A stretch of DNA of 64,000 nt from Selaginella moellendorffii. Taxonomy: Eukaryota; Plantae; Lycopodiophyta. Shown in pieces: positions 40,262 through 51,500 of the stretch (position 1 is its first letter; the number at the start of each line of letters is the position of its first letter). A model generated the notes under the pieces. That model saw only the letters and a list, made by a program, of their open reading frames with translations. It was not told the DNA's origin and made no database searches. The stretch covers positions 62,001 through 126,000 of the forward strand of contig NW_003314356.1 of NCBI RefSeq assembly GCF_000143415.4, in the 5' to 3' direction. The translations under genes and the position numbers were made by a program.

Positions 40262-40668
40262 GATGGCATGTATTTATTTAAAAATGTAACTTATTATGGC
40301 ATGGGGTTCCATGCCATTGTATTAATATTAAAAGACAATTCTTTGAGAGGATTTGCATTATACTAGAAGTGTTACAGCATGTTATTGGAAGTCTGCGAAG
40401 TTGTTTTATTAATAAGGGGAAAGTAAAGATTGAATGGGGACTTGGGCTCCACCTAGACTCGGAGCAACTGAGCCAATATTAAAAGGATGGAAAGAAATTG
40501 GACAACGATGACAAGGAGAAGAGAGAGGTGAAGCAGTGAGAAGTGATTGAGTAGACATTTCCTTGTTTAAAATAAAATGGCATGTGCCTCAATGCAGTTG
40601 AATTTTGTTATATTTATATACTATATAAAGGTTTGGAAACCTTATTTTACAAGTGGGATAATGACAAT

Positions 40669-40692
40669 TCCCACTTTAACGAAATAGAGCTT
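40669..40692 (-). repeat. Right TIR
   Basis: Exact reverse complement of 27447-27470. Confidence 0.97.
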
Positions 40693-40694
40693 GA

Positions 40695-40739
40695 GTCCAA
40701 ACAGACAGCTCCTACTCTATTTGGACAGGGTCGTTTCCC
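40695..40739 (-). promoter_or_regulatory. -1 ribosomal frameshift signal (G GGA AAC + downstream stem-loop)
   Basis: Heptamer 40739-40733 in the gag frame, 6-nt spacer, stem GTCCAAATAG/CTGTTTGGAC. The -1 frame is open into the protease once the DNA transposon is removed. Confidence 0.8.
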
Positions 40740-41689
40740 GACTGCAACAGAGGTGGACTTTGAGGCAAAGTGAACTCGAGCAATCGGGGAGGCTTCTTGG
40801 GACACACAGCTGCTTTGTGATTAGGATCAGCACAGTAGAGGCAAAGATTATGAGATATTCGACGTTGCTTCTCAGCAGGACTCAACTTCCCTCTAATGAG
40901 TCAGGGAGTACCAAAAATATTCATCGGGACCGGAGCAGTAGGTTCAGGACTATGCCCCGAAGACTCAAGCTGGGATTCCTGAGTCTGGGACGGAAAAACA
41001 GCGGCGCAACGACTTTCCTGACGACGTTCAAAGAGACGATTGTCACATCGAACAGCTTTGTTGATGGCGTCCGACAGGTCCTTGGGATCCTCCATGGTGA
41101 GCAACAAATCCTTGACACCGTTGTTGAGGCCGAAACGAAATTGGTCAATCAAGGCCCGCTCATCCCACTGAGTGTCCAAGGCAAGGAGTTGGAACTCTGC
41201 AGCGTAGATCGAGGCAGGACAAGACCCCTGAGAGAGACGTCTCATCTTTGTGGTAGCAGCCCGAACCCGATCCGTCTCGCCAAAACATGCTTCAAGCTTC
41301 TCTTTGAACAATTGAAGATCCATCAGCTCCGAAACCACGACCCCTTTCATGCTCTTCTCCAGAAGAGGAGAAAACCATGACAAAGCTGCACCCTCGAGCA
41401 ACGTCCCAATCGCGCCGATTTGAGACTCGGGAGTGGGGTACCGCCGATGTTGAAGTGCAAAGATCAGCTCCATTTGGTTCAAAAATCCACGAAGCTCCGA
41501 ACGCTTGCCTGAAAATTTCGCCGGGAAACTCACCTTCGGTTCAGGAACTTTGCTGGATCCTTGAGCCGAAAGTGAAGCAAGCTCCTGCTGCATGCGAAGA
41601 AGGGTCGCCTTCAGCTCGGTATTCTCAGACTGGATTTTTGCAAGGACTTCGGCAAAGAAATCAGGATGGCTTGGAGACTCCATTGGCAA
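40715..41689 (-). pseudogene. Chromovirus gag (one premature TGA at 40901-40903; CLYC...H...C knuckle downstream)
   Basis: PAKFSG...LLEGAALSW...QFRFGL gag motifs; the frame continues past the TGA to CLYCADPNHKAAVC and a GGGAAAC slippery site. Confidence 0.9.
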
Positions 41690-41762
41690 GAAGAAAGAAA
41701 AGAAAGGGGGAAAAAGACAAAGGCAATCAAAGAATCAAAGCGAGTTAAAAGAAAAGCAAAAA

Positions 41763-41778
41763 CCACAATCTGAATCAA
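41763..41778 (-). promoter_or_regulatory. Self-priming primer-binding site
   Basis: 16 nt starting 2 nt inside the 5' LTR boundary; exactly complementary to LTR 41871-41886; no TGG tRNA-type PBS. Confidence 0.85.
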
Positions 41779-41780
41779 AC

Positions 41781-42185
41781 TGTCAAGACCCCCAACAAGA
41801 TCAAGACTGGAAAATGCTAAAGACAAAGAGAAAAAGCTAGTGAAAACAAAGAAGAGGCCTTAGACTGGTGTTGATTCAGATTGTGGAGAAATGGAACAAG
41901 GCTAACCTTTATATACTATAGGTTGATGAAGCTCCACCACTCTTGGATCGAGGATGGCCTAAATATAGCTGAGGTCGAGGAGGCGCCACATCAATATCAG
42001 GAATGTGGCTCGAGACTCAAGAATCGGGAAGTGTCTTGAGAGTCAGGAATAGGGAAGTGTCTCGAGAGTCAGGAATGTCTTGAGAGTCAGGAATAGGGAA
42101 GTGTCTCGAGAGTCAGGAATGTGGTCTGCAGGTCAGGAATCCGGCGAGAGTCAGGAATATGGCAAGAATTGGGGGATTCCTGACA
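41781..42185 (-). repeat. 5' LTR of chromovirus
   Basis: TGTCA...TGACA; TATATAAA on the minus strand at 41908-41915. Confidence 0.97.
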
Positions 42186-42619
42186 TTGCCGTTACTTCAT
42201 TATTGAAGCAGAAGAACTTGGTTAGTTGTACTGTGCAGTGGGCTTTGAAGCTTCAGATATATGATTTTGATGTTGTTCATCGCTCAGGGAGTTCTATGGC
42301 TAATGCTGATGCCCTTTCTTGAACTCCCCTTCCTTCTCCACTCTCTTCTCATATTTCTGATGAGCTTGTTGTTCCAGCATCTGTGGATTTTCTAAACGAA
42401 GATTCTGTGCCATCGGCAGTTGCTATACTTGATGTTCAATGTTCACAAAGCGCAGAGCAAGATTTACCTTCTCTTGATGAGGTTTGCGAGGCTCAAAAGA
42501 TTGAGCCGTGGATTCGAAGGCTTCGAGATGTGTTTGAGAATCCTACATCACTTGCTGATGACTTGCCTTTCCGGCATTTACATTCTTAATATCACCTTGA
42601 AGATGGCCTTCTTTATTTT

Positions 42620-43828
42620 GTGGGGACGGATCCTGATGATCATTTACGGCTGGTGGTGCCTTCTATTTTTATTCCGCGGTTTCTCCATGCCTACCATGAT
42701 TCTTCTGTTCTAGGTGGGCATATGGGACATCGTCGTGTGACCGAAAAACTGCGCAGGTCTTTCTATTGGCCGGAGATGCGACGTGATGTTATCCGGTATG
42801 TGCGTAGCTGCGTTTGGTGCCAAGCTCATAATACTCCCCCTTGTGCTGCGGAAGGACGGTTGGAGTCAATTGCAGTTTCCCGTCCGTTTGAGTTGGTGGC
42901 ATTTGATCTTATGGGACCTTTTCCACGGTCGACTACTGGCAATGAGTATGTTATTATTGCTTCTGACTACTTGACTCGTTGGGTGGAAGTTGGTGCTCTT
43001 GCTAGCGCCTTTGCAATTGCTATTGGATACTTCCTCCTCAATTGAGTGGTGTTTCAGCATTCTTGTCCAGAGTGGATTCTTTCGGATAATGGTCCTGCAT
43101 TTATGGCTGAGGCATTTCATGTTTTGACATCTCGATTGGGGATATGCCGCACTTTCACAAGTGCTTATCATCCACAATCAGACGGTCTGGTGGAACGGCT
43201 CGTTAAGACATTCAAAGGGATGATTGCGAAGTATATGAACTTTCAGCATTCGGATTGGGATGGTTATTTGCCGTCTCTTCGGTATGCCTATGTCACAGGG
43301 GTGCAGAGTTCTGTTGGTGCTTCACTATATAAACTTCTATATGGTCATGATCCAATATTACCAACGGAGCTAGGTTTACCTTCGCAATTGCCACGAGCTC
43401 CCGATGCTAGGTCATTGGATCAATATTTGACGAACATTCTTCCACTTGTCTAAGCAGAGTCTGCCAAACACTTAGGCTGCATACAAGTGGGACAACAATG
43501 ACACTACAACTCCCATCATCGTCCACTTGTAGAGTATAAAGTGGATGATTTGGTGTTAGTCTGTTTTCCCCATTTTACGGTATGTGGTTTATCTAAGGGG
43601 CTCCTTGTGCAGTGGAAAGGACCGTATAAGGTGTTGTGGCAAGTTGGACCACAAGTTTATGAGGTTCGGCATGACGTCCAGCAGGCCGATCCTCTGGAGA
43701 TTGTGCATGTACAGCGGTTGAAACGCTTCATACAAAGGGATCAAGAGCAGTTAATACCATCTATAGATCCGCCAATGCCTCCTCCTGACATTCCTCCAGA
43801 TCCCGGCCTGTCTACAAGAGAACCCTGA
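42620..43828 (+). pseudogene. Integrase of family A copy 1
   Basis: H-H-C-C Zn finger, FDLMGP, SDNG, SAYHPQSDGLVER and GPY/F motifs, with in-frame stops. Confidence 0.92.
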
Positions 43829-44027
43829 CGGCCTTCAATTATTCCGAGAGGAGGGGATGATGTGAGGGCCAAGTGTACAGCTATGATCATCTATGATTTA
43901 TCATTTTTCATTTATCTGATAGTTCTTTTATCATTTATCTGATAACAAATTATAATACATCTGAAAAATTTAACCTTGTATACAATAAAGTTAGAAAAGA
44001 AGATCTATTTATTTTGGGTATGCTATC

Positions 44028-44054
44028 TCCCAGCAGAGCTGGGGTCTCTGCTAG
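44028..44054 (+). mobile_element. Helitron-like 3' terminus
   Basis: Hairpin CCCAGC-AGA-GCTGGG ending ~11 nt before CTAG, followed by T; closely similar to the terminus at 2571-2598. Confidence 0.6.
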
Positions 44055-46229
44055 TACTTCTTTATTTAAAAGTGCTATTGGCATTGGGGGATAGATATTC
44101 TCTTACCCTTGGATTCGTGAGATTGATGGTCTAGATGTAAAATTCTCTTATTAAACAGTTAATATGGCTGTCTGTATCTGGAGCATTTTGGATGCGGAAA
44201 TTTTATTTTGGGAGAAGCAATGCACTGGATGAGAAGTAGAATTTTCCCATCCATACATTCAAAACCTCAAGAACTTCTGTAGTTCAGAACTGGGACATCA
44301 GAGGTGATTTTTTTTTTGTTCTCTGTTCCTCATTACCGGAACTCGCTGCCATATCTGGAGTGTGAGGTAGTAGTTCATGGAGAAGGTAGCTGACCTATTT
44401 CATCACTTTGTTTCATTTTCGTGCTACTGCAGAGTGACAACTTGTGCATCGAGACAGAGGAGGATGAGAAAGAGAAGCTGCAGAAAGAGTAAGCCCACAT
44501 CCCATCTCTATGGCTGTGTGTCTGAATCCAACTGTGTTATAGGGAAGAGGAATGTTAGCTCCAGAAGAAGAAAAAGAGACGAGAAAAGGCCCTTCCTGTC
44601 TGGCATTTTTGGATGAGGTCGACAGTGACACTGATGAAAGCGAAATGACAGTGATGAAGGGTAAAAGCTGGTAGGGTGTCATCTGATATGGTTTGGCAGC
44701 TTCAATCAAATCCACTAAAAGATGAGAGATCAATGGTGGATGACGAACAGGTAAAGAATCCTTGAGTTGGATTGAATGAACTTCTCATTTCTTCTGGCCT
44801 TTGCATCTAAAAAAGTCCATTGAGCACGTTGCGCTCTCCAGAGCCATCAGTCACACCAACACTCAAGAGTACCTTAGCATGCAGGTTCTCGATATATCCC
44901 ACATCCACTGTCGCTGAAGAGAAATGCGGTTGTTCCCTCAAATCAGAATCTGAAGAGTCTTATTTTATCAAAACTTGTATGCTATTGAATCTGTTAATAT
45001 AGAAAAAGGTCAGCCTTTTGTTTCAGATTGTGAAGACGATCTTTGCGATTGGCATCCTTCTATACTGGATGTTGAACCAGAGGTAAAAAATAGCAGGTTA
45101 TTTAAAGGCACAGTGGCTGTGAAATATTTATCCCTCAAATTATAGACATGATAAAAAAGAAGTTCTGCAAGGAAGTAACTCGAATTTTGAGGCTTTTGAT
45201 TTGTCCTCAAAACACCACGTGTGGAGGACTTGGAGTGGTGCTTACGATCCCCTACAGAGGCCAAATATGTGGTTTTCAAAATTCCTTCAGCTTTGCATTC
45301 TAATTTCTCTCCTATGCCAGGCAGAAGCTAACTATCATTGGAGGCACAAGTAGAACCGCACAGAAAAGTCAGCTTGTGGAGAGCTTGGCTCACACGGTGA
45401 AGGGGAACAAGATTGGAGTGAAGCATTTGCTAATGGAGCCATTAGAGTGTTAGGGAAAGTATCCTAGCTGGGGAGGAATAAGCAGCAGCCTTGGCGTGTT
45501 CTGGACAAGTCTGCCTTTATAGCGCTGGTAGTGGGGTATGTCCTCCTCCTTCATGTGGGGTACGTCCTTCTCCTCCTTCACACATTCATTCAGGTACTAC
45601 ACTTTTCCTTTCCCTTTTTCACTATGCTGTTGCAAAATTGAGATAACAAGAGCTCAGCTCAATCACTCAGAGCTTAACTGATGGATGAAAGCTGATTCAC
45701 CCTTGTTTTACCTGGCAGGTATACTGTAGGGCCTTCTTTTTTGGGTGGATCGACTGCTAATGCATTCTTAAGAGGGCGGCGGATGATTATTCAGTGAGTG
45801 TGAGGCAGATGAGCAAGAAGAATGCAAGCTCCTTCACAAGCATTAGATCCAAGAGCAGACACACATCAAAAATATAGTCTCCGGCATTTAGCATTATCTG
45901 GAGATGAGATCAGACACACATACCTTCTGCATTTGCAATAGCTTCATTGGAAATGGCAACAAGGATGCGTATCCACAAGAGAATTATAAAGCTAACTTGG
46001 CCATTGATTTTCAAGTAAATCAGAAAAAGATGTCTTGAAAAATGAGAGATGAAAACTAGAATAAAAAGAAAGAAAAATAAAATAAACCAAGTTTTGAAAA
46101 GCTGTGTCTTTAAAGCTTCCACTTCTTTTACAGAAATACACACTCAAATATATCAAAACACTCTCCCAACTTTACAAAACACATCAAAAACTTAGCTGTC
46201 ACCTTTTGCCAGCATTATATATGGAAAAA

Positions 46230-46730
46230 GATCCTTGGTTTCAACCACCAAACTCCTGTGCCGTCTGCGAGGTAGAGCTTAGATCACAGTACATTCAACA
46301 AGCTCCCAGCAGACTCCCTCACACGCCCTCACTCCTCTTGCCCAGCATCCCCTCGGAATCATTCAGCTTCCTGGCCCTTGCAAACACATGCTATTGCAGC
46401 GATCTGCAGTGAGATTTAAGCTGTGGTTGTGGACTCCAAGTATTGCCACACATTCACGAAAGAGATCTCCTATTTGAAGGCCATGGCACGGAAGAGCTCT
46501 AGACCTTCCCATCCTTGTCTAGAGAGCAAAGCCCACCACCATGGAGTTTCACATCGTTTACATGGGCATCTTGTACTTTGCCTGCTCGAGCTTGCCACTG
46601 TGCCATCATAGATAGGCACGATAGTAAGCCTTTTCCCGGCCATCTTGCCAAAAGAGATTCACCCTACCACAATCAGGTTCCAGGCAACGAAACTCCACTG
46701 TGTCATCTTTTCAAAAACCCAGTTTGCTTC
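46230..46730 (-). pseudogene. Relic of a PLS-class PPR gene
   Basis: Minus-strand translation gives EANWVFEKMTQWSFVAWNLIV and GSLLGAC (E-motif-like), with stops and frameshifts. Confidence 0.6.
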
Positions 46731-47691
46731 TTCTAGGAGCCCGTTCTGGTTGTTCAGCGACTTTTGACACATCCTACAATGTGACCATCACTCTTGGTGC
46801 ACAACTCATAAACCACCATCTCGGGTGCACATACTCAGCTAATCTCATAAACCAATTATCTGTGAATTCTCAAGTGACTAAAAATTCAATGATCTATGAG
46901 GCTGTGGGTAGATGCTCTGTGGTCACTAGAGCATTGGTTTTGGATGGACATAAAGGTTAATGTTTTGCAAGTAACAAATCCTGCCATTGATCCTGTACAA
47001 GGGACTTGTGATGTCTCTTGACGTCAATATTGGAAAGTGAGAAAACTTTCTAGAACCAAAAGCTGAGAATGTTGCTCAGGTGTGGGTTATAATTACAGTT
47101 AATCATCCGGCTATTGTCTTGCATGTGCTGCTGAAGTTACTGAGCCAGTTACTGAATCGAAACTTTGATCCAGTTTTGAAGGCTTTGATAATTCCAACGT
47201 TATTTGACATTAGTAATGGACTTGAATGATCACTTTCTTCTGCACTAGACAAGCTGTGTGAATTGCTGATTAGGCTGTACGTGGAGGATCACAGCTTGGG
47301 TGGAGGTGCTCGGGAAAACTTTCTGGTAGAAAGTAGAGTTTTAAACCTTGGGAGAATAGTGAGGTTGGATAACAAAAGCAAGATAACTTGAGCACGTTGT
47401 GTAAAATTCTGTCTCAGCTCCTCTAGACAGGAGGACATTGTGTGCATCATCGTCTCCAAAACGTTCAAGCCATGTCAATAGTGCTTCTAACAAGGATTTT
47501 CAGATGGGATAGGATCTTTCGATTCATACCTTGCTAAGATGCTCTCAATGATGTTCTCTGGAGCTCTGGCTGCTTGATTCATGCAGGATGGGCTTAATAG
47601 AAACTAGAACATTTTTTATTCTATGAGACCAGGAGCACTGCAGCTTGGAATAGTTCTCGGTTCCCAATGTACCCACTGGGAATAAGGATAA

Positions 47692-47721
47692 GGGAACACC
47701 ATCTGCGAGATTTGTCAGCAG
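47692..47721 (+). pseudogene. Fragment of a RING-CH/RINGv E3 ligase exon
   Basis: GNTICEICQQ followed by a GT donor; an inverted second copy lies at 48361-48384. Confidence 0.45.
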
Positions 47722-48560
47722 GTAACGTCATCTGCACTGAACTTATGATTTTCTTACATTGCTCATATTCGCTGATTTTGATCATTGTATCTTTTCTTTT
47801 TTTTCCTTGGTGTCTGATGCCTCGCCTCTGTTTTTCAGCCTTTTAAATGCTACACAGCAAGAGTCCGGTCTCCTCTCACTCCTGTTGCTCTCTCCCTGAT
47901 GACCACTTGAGGTATGTGTACTCTTTCTTTTCCTTGTCATGCTTGCATCGATTTCCTTGTCATGCTCGCTCTTTCTCATTTGATGTTGTTGAGATTGCAT
48001 GGAGTTATGCATCCAAGTTGACTGTGGGAATTACTCATCCCTTGCTGAGCGTGGCAAAGTTTCTCGAGTCAGAATTCTCCTTGTTTGGTATCTCTTATCC
48101 GGCTGTAAGTTCCATGGCGCAATGCTCCTGGCTGCCATGGAATCAAAGACATGCTGGTTGTGTTCTTTGCTCTCCACACATGGACATTGAGAAACTCGAT
48201 GCTGGTTTGGGCAAATCCCATTTCCATAAGAATGGAACCAGCTCATCGCTACTGATCCAAAACCAGTTTTTCCATGTTCAGTAGCATCACCACCATCACA
48301 AAGATCACTCCACAAAGCCACCATCACTAAAATCCCAGCAGGGCGAAAGTAGATGATGTACCTGCTGACAAATCTCACAGATGGAAATGGGATATTGAAG
48401 GATAGTGTTCCCCTATATCTTGAGGCATTTTAGAGATATTAAAGAGTGGTTATATAATAACCATTTATAAAATGAATGGTTTGGCTTTGGAGAGACAAAT
48501 CAATGATACAAGTGGTATGTAGTAGGATATGTAGGATTATAGATTTTAATATTATACTTC

Positions 48561-51500
48561 TGTGAGGGCCAAGTGTACGGTTACGATGCCGTATACTAAT
48601 ATTAGCGTAATGGGATTTTGGTAGACGTCGGATTGGTTTCAATCTGGACCATTCACTCTTGTATATAAGCTAGGGTTTTTGGGCTAATTAATATGCACAT
48701 TTCTGTATTCCCTTTCCATATTCCAAGCACTCACATTAGTGGAGGTGAGGGGCACCTTTGATTGTCCCTGAGGAGTGCTTGGATTTGGGATTTTGGTTTA
48801 GATCTAGCTTTTGCATCGTCTAGATCTAGCTTTTTCCATTTCCTTTCTTTTGTTCTTTCTTTTCAGGGTTTTGGTTTAGATCTAGCTTTTTGCGTTGTCT
48901 AGATCTACCATTTCCTTCTAGCTTTTTGTCATTTCTCTTCTTTTGCTCTTTCTTTTTCGTTCATCTTCATGGCAGATCAGCAATCTCCTCCTTTGACTCT
49001 AGAACAACAGTTGGTACAATTGCTTGATGCTATGCACTTGCAATTGAACAACCAAACTCAGTTGATGGTGGCGTTCACGGCACGTGGTACAACTCCTGCT
49101 CTTGGTGCCAATCCTCGCGTTCGGCCAGAGTTCTTTCGCGGGAATCTTGGGGATGATGTGTACCATTGGTTCGATCACTTCACGGTGATTGCCACATATC
49201 ATTCTTAGGATGATGCTCGACGGTTGCGTGAGTTTCCCATGTGTCTCCAAGGGACGGCGTTGCAGTGGTACAATGGTTTGAGCGCAACCATTCATGAGGA
49301 TTGGAGTGTTCTCCCGAACGTCTTCAAACGCGCCTTCGGACATGCCGATGATTGTGATGATGACTTCCAACAATTGCATCGTCTTTGCCAAGGGCCATCT
49401 GAGTTGGTGATGCAATTTGGCGTTCGTTTCCGAAGTCTTTTGCTTCGTGCGGAGCCAAATATGTCGGAGCGGATCAAGCTAGGAATGTTGTGGCCAGCAC
49501 TTCGTCAAGATTTTGTCGGACTTCTGCATGCACTTGCTCCTGCCACCCTTGACGATGCTCTTCGCTTGGCACAACGTTATGAGACGTTGCCTCTTCCATT
49601 TCTCGCTGTACGTCCTTCCGCTCCACTTTCTATGGGTGATGGTCCTGTTCCAATGGAGGTTGATGCTGCTACTACTCGAGTCCAAGGACAAGCGCGAGGA
49701 CGTGGTCGTGGCCGTGATGTTCGCTGCTGGGCGTGTGATGAAGTTGGTCATACTTATCGGCGTTGCCGTTGTTTTCCGGATTGGCGACCTCCATTTCCTA
49801 GGTGGAGACCTTGGCGTCAACAACGTCCCATGGGTGCTGCTGCAGTGGAAGGTCTGGACACCGAGATGCATCTGGGAAACGAAGAGTCGTGCGAGTAAAG
49901 GAGGGACCTTGCGCGAATAAATCAGTGACCCCTCCATCTTTTTTTCGGGAGTATCATCAAGGGGTTCACTCGGCACCAGTTCATCCAGTGTTTACTTTCC
50001 AAGCTCGTTTTTATAACAAGAGGTCTCCTATTATTCTCTCTGTATTGGTTGATACAGGTTCGAGTTTATCTTCTATTGCTCGACCTGTTGCCACACGTTG
50101 TCATCTACACTTGTGTCGTGCGGCGGAACCAGTTTTCATTCTTTATGGCAACGGCCGTACACATGCATGTGCACGGGATGAGGTGGACCTGGTTGTGCGT
50201 GTGGGCGATCTCGAGCTTGAGTTGCAGTCATTGCGGGTGGTGCCGAGTCAAGCTTTTGACCTCATTCTTGGTATAGATTAGTTGCAACGCAATCATGCCA
50301 AGTGTGACTTTGAGGCTTCTCCCCCTTATCTCATACTTCCTTATGTTTCATCCATTCCTCTCACTTCCATACCTCTTCGTCCCTCTACTTCTACCTCTAC
50401 TTCCATTACTTTTGTTCCCCCACTCTTTCCTTCTATGTTTCCATCTTGTTCCGCTTTTCCCTTTTCTGATCCCTCTGATGATCTTTGTGTTGTAGCAGTT
50501 GACCGGCTCATGAAGGAGTATTCTGATCTCTTTGAATTTGACCTATCGTCTGGAGCCAAGATTGCCACATGTCATCTGATTCCAACTGGGGATGCTCGTC
50601 CAATCAAGGTTCTTGTTCGTCGTTGGTCACCTAAGGAGATCAAGATTTTACGAGCAAACATCAAGGAAATGCTAGAGAAGGGTGTTATTCGGAAGTCGCG
50701 GAGTCCTTGGGCATGTGAACCTCATCTTGTGATGAAGCCTGATGGGAGTATTCGTTTCTGCATCAACTATCGTCCGTTAAACGAAGTGACGATCCCAAAT
50801 GTGTATCCTCTTCCTCACACTGCTGATCTCTTGGATCGTCTGGGGCAAAGTCATTGGTTCAACAAGCTAGATCTTGCTTCTGGGTATTGGCAAGTACCAA
50901 TGGCCGAAGAAGATATTCCTAAGACTGCTTTTCGCACACCATTTGGTTTGTACGAGTTCTTGGTGATGCCGTTTGGTTTGAACAATGCTCCAGCAACTTT
51001 CCAGCGGATGATGGACGAGGTTCTTTGCGATATGCCGGAGGTGACTATTGACTTCATTGATGATGTCTTGATCCACTCGGAGGGGATGTGGGAGGAGCAT
51101 GTTCGTGATGTTTGTAAAGTGTTAAATTGGCTACGCGATGTTGGTTTAAAGTTGAAGCGGTCAAAGTGTTTTGGTCAAAGGACACAACTTATCTTGGGTA
51201 CCGTTTTTCTCGTAAGGGTTTGTAAGTTGATCCTGACAAACTTGTGGTTATTCTAAAGTTCCCTACCCCAAAGTGTGTGAATGATGTGTAGCGTTTTTTG
51301 GGTAAGGTGCAGTATCTCAGTCGTTTTGTGGATCATCTTTCCGATCGCACTACACCATTGCGAGCGTTGCTGAAGTCATCAACGTCATCTTTCATCTGGT
51401 CTCCGGATTGTGAGCGGGCGTTCGTGGATCTAAAAGAGCTATTGACGACTCCCCCGGTTTTGGCATATCCTGACTACACTCGACCTTTTATTTTGCGCGT

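Larger units (their letters stand above)
27673..40598. repeat. Dispersed 22-bp palindrome ATGGCRTG-N6-CAYGCCAT, about 27 copies including degenerate ones
   Basis: Starts at 27673, 27989, 28078, 28485, 29901, 29958, 31804, 31874, 31972, 32587, 32623, 32695, 33559, 33638, 33797, 33932, 34714, 34791, 34851, 36128, 37600, 37741, 37932, 39144, 39219, 40296, 40577. Confidence 0.92.
27447..40692. mobile_element. Intact 13,246-bp Sola-like (DUF7869 DDD-transposase) DNA transposon with large accessory gene
   Basis: Perfect 24-bp TIRs AAGCTCTATTTCGTTAAAGTGGGA; 4-bp TSD GAGT at 27443-27446 and 40693-40696. Deleting the element plus one TSD restores the host pol frame (...VCLDSLNKNH...LALLDSGA). Superfamily assignment rests on motifs plus TSD length. 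Confidence 0.93.
23327..42185 (-). mobile_element. Full-length Tcn1/Tf1-like chromovirus (Ty3/gypsy), 405-bp LTRs, 5-bp TSD TTGCC, interrupted by the DNA transposon
   Basis: LTRs 23327-23731 and 41781-42185 (5 differences counted by eye). TSD TTGCC at 23322-23326 and 42186-42190; the uninterrupted homologous site is visible in family A copy 2 near 51700. PPT at 23732-23747; integrase ends in a chromodomain. Confidence 0.97.
20161..43886 (+). mobile_element. Ty3/gypsy family A copy 1, interrupted by the chromovirus (23327-42185); 3' LTR truncated
   Basis: 5' LTR 20161-20335, tRNA-Ala-like PBS TGGTGGAGATGAGGGG, gag from 20569, pol 21365-23326 resuming at 42191, integrase 42620-43828 with WKGPY, PPT 43846-43860, then only ~25 bp of 3' LTR from 43861. 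Confidence 0.9.

Noticed and set aside
27673-40598. Palindromic repeats as a CRISPR array
   Set aside because: Spacing is irregular (36 bp to >1.8 kb), copies lie in introns and exons, there are no cas genes, and the context is eukaryotic.
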